DNA from: Selaginella moellendorffii
Taxonomy: Eukaryota > Plantae > Lycopodiophyta
Direction of reading: 5' to 3'
Assembly (NCBI RefSeq): GCF_000143415.4
Contig: NW_003314322.1
Span: 1,066,067 to 1,130,066, forward strand
Length of the DNA stretch: 64,000 nt
A program made the translations under genes and the position numbers. Shown here piece after piece: positions 48,547 to 60,944 of the stretch; positions within the stretch are counted from its first letter, which is position 1; each line of letters starts with the position of its first letter. The notes below the pieces were generated by a model, which had not been told where the DNA came from, ran no database searches, and worked only from the letters and a program-made list of their open reading frames with translations.

Positions 48547-50017
48547 ATGGATGTGGCTGTGAGTCTCTTTTTCGCTTCTTTGATGGCGGCTTGATCGTCT
48601 TCTCCCTGCCAGGAGTTGGATGAAGATCCCTTTGCCGATCGGCCGCCTCCAAAATCGGTGTGGGAAGCCACGGAAGAGGAGAGCCTGGACGAAGTCCGGG
48701 CAACGATAGAGAACAAGCAAGACGTGAACTGCCCCAATCCAATCACTCTCAACACTCCCTTGTAAGCCTTGCCTCGTTTGTTTGATTCCATTTCTCGTTT
48801 GTTCGTCAGGATTATAGCGCTCAAGATCAATCACATCGAGATGGCGAATTTTCTGCTGTCCAAAGGAGCAGACGTGAAGCCTCAGAATAAATGTGGAGAC
48901 ACTGCACTTCACTGGGCCGTAAGAAATCTCTTTCTGTTTTTCTTCTTCTCTGTTTCAGTTGAGCATACCTGGTTCCTGGAACAGGCACTTAGGGGACAAG
49001 AGGAAATGGTTAGAACGATGCTGAGCCGAGGGGCTAAACTGGATGTGGTGGGAGAATTCGGGAACACTCCTCTACATTTTGCTTGCAAAGCAAACCATCT
49101 CAAGATCGTGTTCATGATGCTCGAGGTACAGACGAATCTTACCTTCGATCATGGATCAATCACTGACTTTCACTCCTGTGCGTTCAAGGCCAGGGCGGCG
49201 CCTCTGTGACTTGCAGAAATGACTATGGCANNNNNNNNNNNNNNNNNNNNNNNNNNNNNNNNNNNNNNNNNNNNNNNNNNNNNNNNNNNNNNNNNNNNNN
49301 NNNNNNNNNNNNNNNNNNNNNNNNNNNNNNAACACTGTCTTTCGTGATGTTTATTCATTGTTCCTTTTCTTTTCTGGTTTCTCTTTCAGCTGAGGCTGGT
49401 GATGGTGAACAAAGAATCAGGAAGAGAGCAAGTGAAAGCCGAAGCACTCCGGAGGCTGGAAATTGAAAAAGAAGCTCAGGAGCGAGACCGGATGCGTCTG
49501 CAGGTCTGGAAACACTTAATAGAAGAACCGCACTTCAACGACCGGTCACAGTCCGTGCTGAGTTTTCAATGTTCCAGGCTATAGAAAACGAGAGAAAACA
49601 GCAGGAGGATTACGATCTCTCCAGGAGAGAGGCCATCTTAGCAGAAGAGGTGCGAAACCCGTTGGACTTGAGTAGCTCATCTCGTTTTCTTGCAATGGAA
49701 ATGCAGAAGCGAATTGAGGAGGAAGACGCTGAAAGGGAGCGCCTCGAAGAGGAAGAGCGAAGACGACAGGTAGAAAACTTTGGTTGTTTGAGCACGTCCT
49801 TGTAAGCTTGATTCTACTGCAGGAGGAGGCTAGAATTGAGGCGGAGAGGCTGGAAGCCGAGAGGATCAAAGCCGAGAAGAAGCAAAAGAAATACGAGAAG
49901 TGGCTGGCCAAGATGAAGAAGAAAAACCCGGGCTTCGTCGATCCGAGAATCATCAAGGCTCAAAAGGCGGCAGCGAAAGCGGCGGCCAAAGCCGCCAAAG
50001 CAAAGAAGAAGAAATAG
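48547..50017 (+). CDS. Ankyrin-repeat plus charged coiled-coil protein (spans an assembly gap)
   Basis: NTPL..A, GDTALHWA, GNTPLHFAC ankyrin repeats, E/R/K-rich tail, consistent GT-AG introns. Confidence 0.75.
49231..49330. other. Assembly gap (100 N)
   Basis: Run of n. Confidence 1.
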
Positions 50018-50566
50018 AATCCTCAGGAGGGTGAAATATGCCGGTCCACCGATGTTGCGCCACGTCCTTCTTTGGGCTTCACGTTCCTTTTAACGTTCTG
50101 AGACGATGCTCTCAAGCGCAAAGCTGGCGATGAAGCGAACAAGAAGGTAAAAATGGTCCAAATAAAGAGTCCTCAATGTTTACCTCTAGTTTTTAGAAAA
50201 AGAAATATATTTCACAATCCCTTTCTATGTTGGATCTTCTGCCCCTTCTCAAGTTGGTGTCCACTACATTGCTCTCATATATCTTGTGACAGCCAGATCT
50301 CTACACTTCAGTAGATTAAGTGACTGCAAACTGTCTGTGTAGATATTCACCTTGTTCGACACCCAGTAACCTAGAGCCTACAACTTGATGGAGTCATATA
50401 TCCCAAGAAGCTCCATGTTGAGTGAAGACATGACCACATTATCATATAGAAAAGTACGTTTTGTTCTTTAAATTCATATTATTATTATAAGTATGAGCAA
50501 AGTGTAAATGTTTTTTTTATAGAAAACTGATCCAGATATTATTATAAAATATTTAATTTTTAAGAT

Positions 50567-50740
50567 TGTGAGGGCCAAGTGTACGGTTACAATGCCGTAT
50601 ACTAATATTAGTGTAGTGGATTTTGGTAGCTGTCGGATTGGTTTCAATCCGGACCACTCGCTCCTGTATATAAGTTAGGGTTTTTGGGCTAATTGATATG
50701 CACATTTCTATATTCCCTTTCCATATTCCATGCACTCACA
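50567..50740 (+). repeat. 5' LTR (174 bp)
   Basis: Matches the 3' LTR with 4 substitutions. Confidence 0.97.
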
Positions 50741-53700
50741 TTGGTGGAGAAGAGGGGCACCTTTGATTGTCCCTGGGGAGTGTTTAGATTTGGGATTTCG
50801 GTTTAAATCTAGTTTTTGCATTGTCTAGATCTAGCTTTTTCCATCTCCTTTCTTTTGTTCTTTCCTTTCAGGATTTTGGTTTCGATCTAACTTTTTGCAT
50901 TGTCTAGATCTACCATTTCTTTCCAGCTTTTTTGTCATTTCTCTTCTTTTGCTCTTTCTTTTTCGTTCATTTTCATGGCCGATCCGCAATCTCCTCCTTT
51001 GACTCTAGAGCAGCAGTTGGTTCAATTGCTTGATGCTATGCGCTTGCAATTGAACAACCAAACTCAGTTGATGGCGGCGTTCACGGCACGTGGTATAACT
51101 CCTCTTACTCTTGGTGTCAATCCTCGCGTTCGGCCAGAGTTCTTTCGCGGGAATCCTGGGGATGATGTGTACCATTGGTTCGATCACTTTACGGTGATTG
51201 CCACATATCATTCTTGGGATGATGCTCGACGGTTGCGTGAGTTTCCCACGTGTCTCCAAGGGACGGTGTTGCAATGGTACAATGGTTTGAGCGCAGCTAC
51301 TCGTGGGGATTAGAGTGTTCTCCCGGACGTCTTCAAACGCGCCTTCGGACATGCAGATGATTGTGATGATGCTTTCCAACAATTGCATCGTCTTCGCCAA
51401 GGGCCATCGAAGTCAGTGATGCAATTTGGCGTTTGTTTCCGAAGTCTTTTGCTTCGTGCAGAGCCAAATATGTCGGAGCGGATCAAGCTAGGAATGTTGT
51501 GGCCAGCACTTCGTTAAGATCTTGTCGGACTTGTGCATGCACTTGCCTGCCACCCTTGACGATGCTCTTCGCTTGGCACAACGTTATGAGACGTCGCCTC
51601 TTCCACTTCTCGCTGCACGTCCTTCCGCTCCACTTCCTATGGGTGATGGTCCTGTTCCAATGGAGGTTGATGCTGCTGCTGCTCGAGTCCAAGGACAAGC
51701 GCGAGGACGTGGTCGTGGCCGTGATGTTCGCTGCTGGGCGTGTGATGAAGTTGGTCATACTTATCGGCGTTGCCGTCGTTTTCCGGATTGGCGACCTCCA
51801 TTTCCTGGGTGGAGACCTTGGCATCAACAACGTCCCCTGGGTGCTACTGCAGTGGAAGGTCTGGACACCGAGATGCATCAGGGAAATGAGGAGTCACGCG
51901 AGTAACGGAGGGACCTTGCGCGAATAAATCAGTGACCCCTCCATCTTTCTTTCGGGAGTATCATCAAGGGGTTCACTCGGCACCAGTTCATCCAGTGTTT
52001 ACTTTCCAAGCTTGTTTTTATAACAAGAAGTCTCCTATTATTCTCTCCGTGTTGGTTGATATAGGTTTAAGTTTATCTTCTATTGCTCGACCTGTTGCCA
52101 CACGTTGTCGTTTACACTTGCGTCGTGCGGCAGAACCAGTTTTCATTCTTTATGGCAACGGCCGTACACATGCATGTGCACGGGATGAGGTGGACCTGGT
52201 TGTGCGTGTGGGCGATCTTGAGCTTGAGTTGCAGTCGTTGCAGGTGGTGCCGAGTCAAGCTTTTGACCTCATTCTTGGTATGGATTGGTTGCAGCGCAAT
52301 CATGCCAAGTGTGACTTTGAGGCTTCTCCCCTTTGTCTCATACTTCCTTATGTTTCATCCATTCCTCTCACTTCCATACCTCTTCGTCCCTCTACTTTTA
52401 CCTCTGCTTCCATTACTTTTGTTTCCCCACTCTTTCCTTCTGTGTTTCCATCTTGTTCTGCTTTTCCCTTTTCCGATCCCTCCGACGATCTTTGTGTTGC
52501 AGCAGTTGATCGGCTCATGAAGGAGTATTCTGATCTCTTTGAATTTGACCTATCGTCTGGGGCCAAGATTGCCACACGTCATCCAATTCCCACCGGGGAT
52601 GCTCGTCCAATCAAGGTTCCTATTCGTCGTCGGTCACCTAAGGAGATCAAAATTTTACGAGCAAACGTCAAGGAAATGCTGGAAAAGGGTGTTATTCGGA
52701 AGTCGCGGAGTCCTTGGGCATGTGAACCTCATCTTGTGACGAAGCCTGATGGGAGTATTCGTTTCTGCATCGACTATCGTCCGTTAAACGAAGTGACAAT
52801 CCCAGATGTGTATCCTCTTCCTCACACTGCTGATCTCTTGGATCGTCTGGGGCGAAGTCGTTGGTTCACCAAGCTAGATCTTGCTTCTGGGTATTGGCAA
52901 GTACCGATGGCCGAAGAAGATATTCCTAAAACTGCTTTTCGTACACCATTTGGTTTGTATGAGTTCTTGGTGATGCCGTTTGGTTTGAACAATGCTCCAG
53001 CAACTTTGCAGCGGATGATGGACGAGGTTCTTTGCGATATGCCGGAGGTGACTGCTGACTTCATTGATGATGTCTTGATCCACTCGGAGGGGACGTGGGA
53101 AGAGCACATTCGTGATGTTTGTAAAGTGTTGGATTGGCTACGCGACGTTGGTTTAAAGCTGAAGCGGTCGAAGTGCGTGTTTGGGTCCAAGGACACAACT
53201 TATCTTGGGTACCGTATTTCTCGTGAGGGTTTGCAAGTTGATCCTGACAAACTTGTGGCTGTTCTAAAGTTCCCTACTCCGAAGTGTGTGAATGATGTGC
53301 AGCGCTTTTTGGGTAAGGTGCAATATCTTGGTCGTTTTGTGGATCATCTTTCCGATCACACTACACCATTGTGAGCGTTGCTGAAGTCATCAATGTCATC
53401 TTTCATCTGGTCTCCGGATTGTGAGCGGGCGTTCGTGGATCTCAAAGAGCTATTGACAACTCCTCCGGTTTTGGCATATCCTGACTACACTCGACCTTTT
53501 ATTTTGCGCGTGGATGCTTCTGACATTGGTCTTGGAGGTGTGTTGATGCAAGAGAGCTCGAGTGTGCCTGGTCAGCGCCATCCCATTGCATACATAAGCC
53601 GTACATTACAACCAGTGGAGATGAACTACTCCACGACGGAGAAGGAGTGTTTAGCAGCAGTCTGGGGTTTCGAGAAACTTCATGCATATCTACATGGTTC

Positions 53701-55397
53701 TCGGACGTTACTTGAAGGTGACTATGCTGCTGTTACTTCATTATTGAAGCGGAAGAACCTGGTTAGTCGTACGGCTCGATGGGCTTTGAAGCTTCAGATA
53801 TATGATTTCGATGTTGTTCATCGCTCAGGGAGTTCTATGGCTGATGTTGATGCCCTTTCTCGAGCTCCTCTTCCTTCTTCACTCACTTCTCATCATTCTG
53901 ACGAACCTATTGTTCCAGCATCTGTGGATTTTTTAGATGAGGATTCTGTGCCGTCGACGGTTGCTGTCCTTGACGTTCAGTGTCCACAGGGTGCAGAGCA
54001 AGATCTGCCTTCTCTTGAGGAGGTTCGCGAGGCTCAGAAGATTGAGCTGTGGATTCGAAGGCTTCGAGATGGGTTTGAGAATCCTACATCACTTGCTGAT
54101 GACTTGCCTTTCCGGCATTTACATTCTCAATATCGCCTTGAAGATGGCCTTTTTTATTTTGTGGGGACGGATCCTGATGATCATTCACGATTGGTGGTAC
54201 CTTCGGTGTTTATTCCACGGTTTCTCCATGCCTACCATGATTCTCCTGTTCTAGGTGGGCATATGGGACACCGTCGTGTCACCGAGAAGCTGCGCAGGTC
54301 TTTCTATTGGCCGGAGATGCGACGTGATATTATCCGGTATGTGCGTAGCTGCGTTTGGTGCCAAGCTCGTAATACTCCCCCTTGTGCTGCAGAAGGACGG
54401 TTGGAGTCAATTGCAGTTTCCCGTCCGTTTGAGTTGGTGGCGTTTGATCTTATGGGACCTTTTCCACGATCGACTGCTGGCAATGAGTATGTTATTATTG
54501 CTTCTGACTACTTGACTCGTTGGGTGGAAGTTGGTGCTCTTGCTAGTGCCTCTGCAACTGCTGTTGGATACTTCCTCCTCAATCGAGTGGTGTTCTAGCA
54601 TTCTTGTCCAGAGCGGATTCTTTCGGATAATGGTCCTGCATTTATGGCTGAGGTATTTCATGTTTTGACATCTCGGTTGGGGATACGCCACACTTTTACG
54701 AGTGCTTATCATCCACAATCAGACGGTCTGGTGGAACGGCTCGTTCGGACATTCAAAGGGATGATTTCGAAGTATGTGAACTTTCAGCATTCGGATTGGG
54801 ATGGTTATTTGCCGTCTCTTCGGTATGCCTATGTCACAGGGGTGCAGAGTTCTGTTGGTGCTTCACCATATAAACTTCTATATGGTCATGATCCAATATT
54901 ACTAACAGAGTTGGGTTTACCTTCGTGATTGCCACGAGCTCTGCTAGGTCATGGGATCAGTATTTGATAAGCATTCTTCCACTTGTCCGAGCAGAGTCTG
55001 CCGAACACTTAGGCCGCGTACAAGTGGGACAACAACAGTGCTATAACTCCCATCATCGTCCACCTACGGAGTACAAAGTGGATGATTTGGTGTTAGTCCG
55101 TTTTCCCCATCTTACGGTACATGGTTTATCTAAGGGGCTCCTTGCGCAGTGGAAAGGACCGTATCGGGTGTTGCGGCAAGTTGGACTGCAAGTTTATGAG
55201 GTTTGGCATGACGTTCAACAGGCCGATCCTCCAGAGATTGTGCATGTGCAGCGGTTAAAACGCTTCATACAAAGGGATCAGGAGCAGTTAATACCATCTA
55301 CAGATCCGCCGATGCCTCCTCCTGACGTTCCTCCAGATCCCGGCCCATCTACAAGAGAACCCTGACGGCCTTCCATTATTCCGAGAGGAGGGGATGA

Positions 55398-55571
55398 TGT
55401 GAGGGCCAAGTGTACGGTTACGATGCCGTATACTAATATTAGTGTAGTGGATTTTGGTAGCCGTCGGATTGGTTTCAATCCGGACCACTCGCTCCTGTAT
55501 ATAAGCTAGGGTTTTTGGGCTAATTGATATGCACATTTCTGTATTCCCTTTCCATATTCCATGCACTCACA
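55398..55571 (+). repeat. 3' LTR (174 bp)
   Basis: Preceded by the PPT and followed by AGAT. Confidence 0.97.
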
Positions 55572-55593
55572 AGATTAATTTTGAATCATATTC

Positions 55594-57732
55594 AATTTTA
55601 GCAAAATATAAAAAGGGGTAAATATGGATGGAAAAATTGTATATTTAAAAGTTATTTTTAACATTATTTTAACTAATGTGAAATTTTTTTCATCATTATA
55701 TACTGGATCACCACTAGCTAGTTTATAAATCGTAAAAATTATTTTATAAAAGAACAAATGTAATGTTAATTTCATGTGGCAAGTTAATATCCTTGGAGAA
55801 TTTATATAGCTAGTGCAATATAATATTTATATATTATGCTCAATAAAAATAAAGAGTTATTGATGATAGTTTTTAGTTTCAAAATCAAAATTAAAAAGCT
55901 TCCCATATCTTTCAGAAATTTGAAAATATTACCCTTAAAGCCTGTTTTATTAGTTTAAGACTCTTAAAATCATAATAAATATACATTTAAACTATAATAA
56001 ATGTAAATAGTAAATATTTTAATTAAGAAATAGCATTAAAGATATGTAATTTAAAAAGGGAGTTTAACCTCTTTTCAGAAGGAGGGTGGAGAAAAAACCC
56101 TTCCCAAGTTTACCGTCTTGCATGCACAAGACTAGCCGATCGTCATTAAATGCCACCACACCAAAGGCAATGCTGTTGAGGAGTATATATGCCTAAAGCT
56201 TAATGAATGGGTATATGCTCTGGTCGCCCTTCATATGACAAGTATGCCACCCTATTGAGTTTAGCAAAAGTGAAAAATTTATCATTTATTAATATTCATT
56301 TACATGAATTTTAGCAAAATATAAAAAGGGGTAAATATGGATGGAAAAATTGTACATTTAAAAGTTATTTTTAACATTATTTTAACTAATGTGAATTTTT
56401 TTCATCATTATATACTGGATCACCACTAGCTAGTTTATAAATCGTAAAAATTATTTTATAAAAGAAAAAATGTAATGTTAATTTCATATGGCAAGTTAAT
56501 ATCTTTGGAGAATTTATGTAGCTAGTGCAATATAACATTTATATGTTATACTCAATAAAAATAAAGAGTTATTGATGATAGTTTTTAGTTTCAAAATCAA
56601 AATTAAAAAAGCTTCCCATATCTTTCAGAAATTTGAAAATATTACCCTTAAAGCCTGTTTTATTAGTTTAAGACTCTTAAAATCATAATAAATATACATT
56701 TTAAACTATAATAAATGTAAATAGTAAATATTTTAATTAAGAAATAACATTAAAGATATGTGATTTAAAAAGGGAGTTCAACCTCTTTTGAGAAGGAGAG
56801 TGGAGAAGAAATGCTTCCCACGTCCACCATTTCGCATGCACAAGGCTAGCTAATCGTTATTAAATGCCACCACATCAAAAGCAACACTATTCAAAAGTAT
56901 ATATGCCTAGAGCTTAGCGAATGGGTACATGTTTTGGTCGCCCTTCCTATGATAAGTATGCCACCCCATTGAATTTAGCAAAAGTATAAATTTTATCATT
57001 TATTAATATTCATTTACATGAATTTTAGCAAAATATAAAAAGGGGTAAATATGCATGGAAAAATTGTACATTTAAAAGTTATTTTTAACATTATTTTAAC
57101 TAATGTGAATTTTTTTCATCATTATATACTGGATCACCACTAGCTAGTTTATAAATCGTAAAAATTATTTTATAAAAGAAAAAATGTAATGTTAATTTCA
57201 TGTGGCAATTTAATATCTTTGGAGAATTTATATAGCTAATGCAATATAACATTTATATGTTATGCTCAATAAAAATAAAGAGTTATTGATGATAGTTTTT
57301 AGTTTCAAAATCAAAATTAAAAAAGCTTCCCATATCTTTCAGAAATTTGAAAATATTACCCTTAAAGTCTGTTTTATTAGTTTAAGACTCTTAAAATCAT
57401 AATAAATATACATTTAAAACTATAATAAATGTAAATAGTAAATATTTTAATTAAGAAATAGCATTAAAAATATGTGATTTAAAAAGGGAGTTCAACCTCT
57501 TTCGAAAAGGAGAGTGGAGAAAAAACACTTCCCACGTCCACCATCTCGTATACATAAAACCAGCTAATCGTCATTAAATGCCACCACACCAAAGGCAACA
57601 CTATTAAGGAGTATATATGCCCAGAGTTTAGCGAATGGATACATGCTTTAGTCACCCTTTCTATAACAAATATGCCACCCCATTGAATTTAGCAAAAGTG
57701 AAATTTTATCATTTATTAATATTCATTTACAT
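55594..57732. repeat. Three head-to-tail copies of a ~713-bp AT-rich unit
   Basis: aattttagcaaaatataaaaaggggta recurs at 55594, 56307 and 57021. Confidence 0.95.
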
Positions 57733-58309
57733 AAAGAATTACAGATGAATAATTCTGGATGCTTAGCTAAAAGTTGCAAAAACCCCTCTCCATTAGCAAA
57801 AAAAGAATAATAACTAGCAAAACCATCTTCCTCAAAACCATGTTAATGTCCTGCGAAAACGTGGACAACAGCTCCTACTTGTACACTGCCACGGATTCCA
57901 CCTTTTGCAGGATCGGAGTGAGACGCCCACCATGCTTGGAAACCTGTCTCAAATCTTGGCCAATCCACCACCATGAAGCTAGTGTCAACAGGACAATCAA
58001 TTCCAATGGCAGCGGCCTCGCATAGGCAGGCAAGCAGCGTGGCACAAGGATCCCAGCGAGCTGATTCAGATGAATCACGGGCTCAGGCGGCGGACTATAA
58101 TTCCATAGCAACAAAGTGCTTTTTTTGCCACTGCCCGACCTTAGAGATAACCCTACTATCTTAGGGTTCTTTTTACAAAGGGGAAAAGTTTCCAGTGCAA
58201 TTTTCACAGAATCCAACAAAAGCCATGCTATTATATGGAAAATCCTACTCATTCTTGAATTAAGAACACAGTCACTGATTACTCCTCAATGGCGCTGGTC
58301 GAGTCTCTA

Positions 58310-58555
58310 GCAAGTGGCGGAGCGAAAGAACCAGATGCGCGACAAGGTCTGGGGATTTTTCTTTGTCCCAGGCCGCTAGAACTTGTTTGTCTTTCTGAGC
58401 AGAAACGTCGCGAAGAGCTGGAGCGCGTCCAGAAGGAGAGGGAGGCGGACGTCCAGAGCTACAAAGCCCTGATGGTGTCGGAGAAGATGACTTCCAACAA
58501 GGACATTGCCGGCAAAGGCAAATCTCTCCAGGAGATTGAGGACGACTTTATGTGA
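58310..58555 (+). pseudogene. CCDC25: 3' fragment (last two exons) of a CCDC25-like gene
   Basis: ERKNQMRDK|KRREELERVQKEREADVQSYKALMVSEKMTSNKDIA...SLQEIEDDFM. No upstream exons found. Confidence 0.7.
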
Positions 58556-58699
58556 CGAGCCTCAACCAGCCCTGGCCTGTCCATCCTTCCTCCCTGGAGT
58601 GTTCGCACGATAACGATGAAATAAGCTGGACGCTTGTTGAAGCACGTACCATAACTCTTTAATCTTCTAGTGATGCCGCTCCTCGCTCGCTCCTTGTTC

Positions 58700-60862
58700 G
58701 TCACAAGCACAGGCTTCCAAACTGAGAGTTCCAATCCTCGTAGGCAGCTCGCATTTCGAGACTGAAGGCTTTACTTCTTGAAGAGCGGCCCTGAAGTCCT
58801 GCAAAGGAGATTTAGAGTACGTAGATTGGAAGCTTTTGCTTACCTGTAGCCCAATAGCTCGTATTTCTTCCGTGCTAATATTGCCAATGTCTTTCCCCGC
58901 TTTGAGAGCCTCGCGGAGAGGATACATGGATGCTTCTTTGACGAGGTTGTTCATGTCAGAACCGGAATAGCCTGGAAGCAGCAAAAGGATGAGCTTGATT
59001 CAGGTGATGAAAGCTGGTGTCTGTATTTACCCTCGGTCATTGAGCATATTTCGTCCATGTCGCTGCTGGACATACAAAACAGACCATCCATGGGAAGCAT
59101 AGTCAAGCATAAGGTGAGGCGAGAATGAATTACCAGCAGAAGAAAGTGGTATGTATAGCCTCTTCGAGAAACGATGGCGAGCTGCTTCATCAAGCTCTTG
59201 AGGCCTGTTTGTAGCACCTAAAACGTTTTTGTCGAACTCTACAGTCCATCGATCAGTCCCTGGCTTACCTATAAGAAGAAGCTGCTCGTTACCACTGCCA
59301 ATACCTTCCATCTCAATGAGAAACTGCGCCTTTATCCTTCGGCTTGATTCATGCTCTCCTCTGATTTCCTCTGGTTTTAACAAAGTAAATACCGAACGAG
59401 ATGTTCAGATTGTCGACGATACCTGAGATAGGAGTGAGTCCACTTCGTCGATGAATATCACCGCTGGTGTGCGACAACTTGCTACACCAAACAAAGCTCG
59501 GACAAGCTTCTCGCCTTCACCAATCTGCAACTCTGAACAGAAAAATTAGCATGTGCTAGGAAGAAAATCAAAGCTACCCATTTGCTAGTTAGCGAGCTTG
59601 CTGATATTGAAAAGAATGTAGCTTTTAATTCGCCAGCGATCGCTTTTCCTATCATTGTCTTGCCTGTTCCCTGTCACATTCTTGAGTTGCTTCATCAAAT
59701 ATACACTTACAGGGGGGCCAAAAAGGAGGAGTCCTTTTCCTGGCGAGCGGCAGCCATGGAAAATGTCCGGGCGTAAAAGGGGCCAAATCACCATTTCTGT
59801 GACACTCTTTTTAGCATGATCCAGTCCTGCTGTTTGCAAAAAAATGAAGTTACAACACAAACTAATGAGTGAGAAAAAGCGCTACCTATGTCATCCCAGC
59901 GAACGTTTGAATCCCTTTCCACTATTTCGTTGCTTATGTGCTCACCATATCCGACTCGACCACCAAATGGTACGTTCTCATGTCCATTTGGTTTACTTTC
60001 TCAACCGTGTCATACTAGCTTGGAACTTCTCGCTGGTCCCGATGGCGAGCTGCCTGACAAGTTGCGCAATCTGGAACCTCGCCTGCTCAGCATCCGAATT
60101 CTGCGTGGTTGTTCCTCCCCCATTGGAGCGAAGAGGTGGTGTAAAAGAACTTCGAACATTCCGGCGGCCCAGAGTCTTAGCGATGGTGTTGGTCCCTGTA
60201 AGTGCCGGAGACGATGTTGATCCCGTTTTCTTGGAGTCAAGTGCCTGAAGAAAGAAATTTCTGCGGAGAACTGTCGAAAAGTTCAAAATGCTTACTCATT
60301 TTTTATTTGCTGTGACAAATCCTCCTGAACTCTCCACAGGATTTTGCTTCTCTACAACGACAGACTTGTTCCTTATCTTGGCGGCTCACACACAAGTCTT
60401 CCGCGCTTCTTGCTCTCTCCCGGGCTGACGTCTATGCGATCAATATCCATTGGTTCCTGTAAGTTCAGATTGTCAAAACCACGAGAGAAAGAAAAATAAA
60501 TAAAAATTCAAAGATCACTCACGCTGCTGTCACCACAAAATGGTTTGTAAAGCGGAGAGCTTCTCGTCGACACGGTGCTGGCCTCCCCCAAAAACCACGC
60601 CGCTAGATCGAGCTGCCTGTGCGAGCGTATTTCTTCAACCAAATCACTACGTAAGCTAGATTTCATGGCCAAAATCCACTTACCTCTCAAAACCTTGGTA
60701 GAATTTGTCCCTGGCCGCATCGATCAGATCCTGGACATGCCTCTTTATTGGAGCAGTGTACATCGCATCCTCTCTCGTCCTCGTCTCGAGAAATCCCAGC
60801 AGACAAAGCCCCAGACCCAGCGCCTTCTCCCATTCCTCCGCCTTGATCGCGGCCTCCACCAT
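58700..60862 (-). pseudogene. FIGL1: Fidgetin-like 1 AAA ATPase pseudogene
   Basis: [72 protein letters not shown]. Internal inversion, a deletion, and a frameshift before YEDWNSQFGSL. Confidence 0.85.
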
Positions 60863-60944
60863 AAACCCTAGAAAATGCGCGCGAAAACCATGGAATGAGT
60901 TGAAATTAAAGGTGACGTAAGTTACATTAGTCCAATGTAAATAT

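Larger units (their letters stand above)
50567..55571 (+). mobile_element. Full-length inactivated Ty3/Gypsy LTR retrotransposon with no chromodomain seen
   Basis: TG..CA LTRs at 50567-50740 and 55398-55571, AGAT TSD, PBS TGGTGGAGA (~50742), PPT 55383-55397. Gag with CWACDEVGHTYRRC knuckle, then PR-RT-RH-INT order, GPY motif, several in-frame stops. Confidence 0.97.

Noticed and set aside
57774-58300. Short ORFs after the tandem array
   Set aside because: No recognisable motif or consistent splice model.
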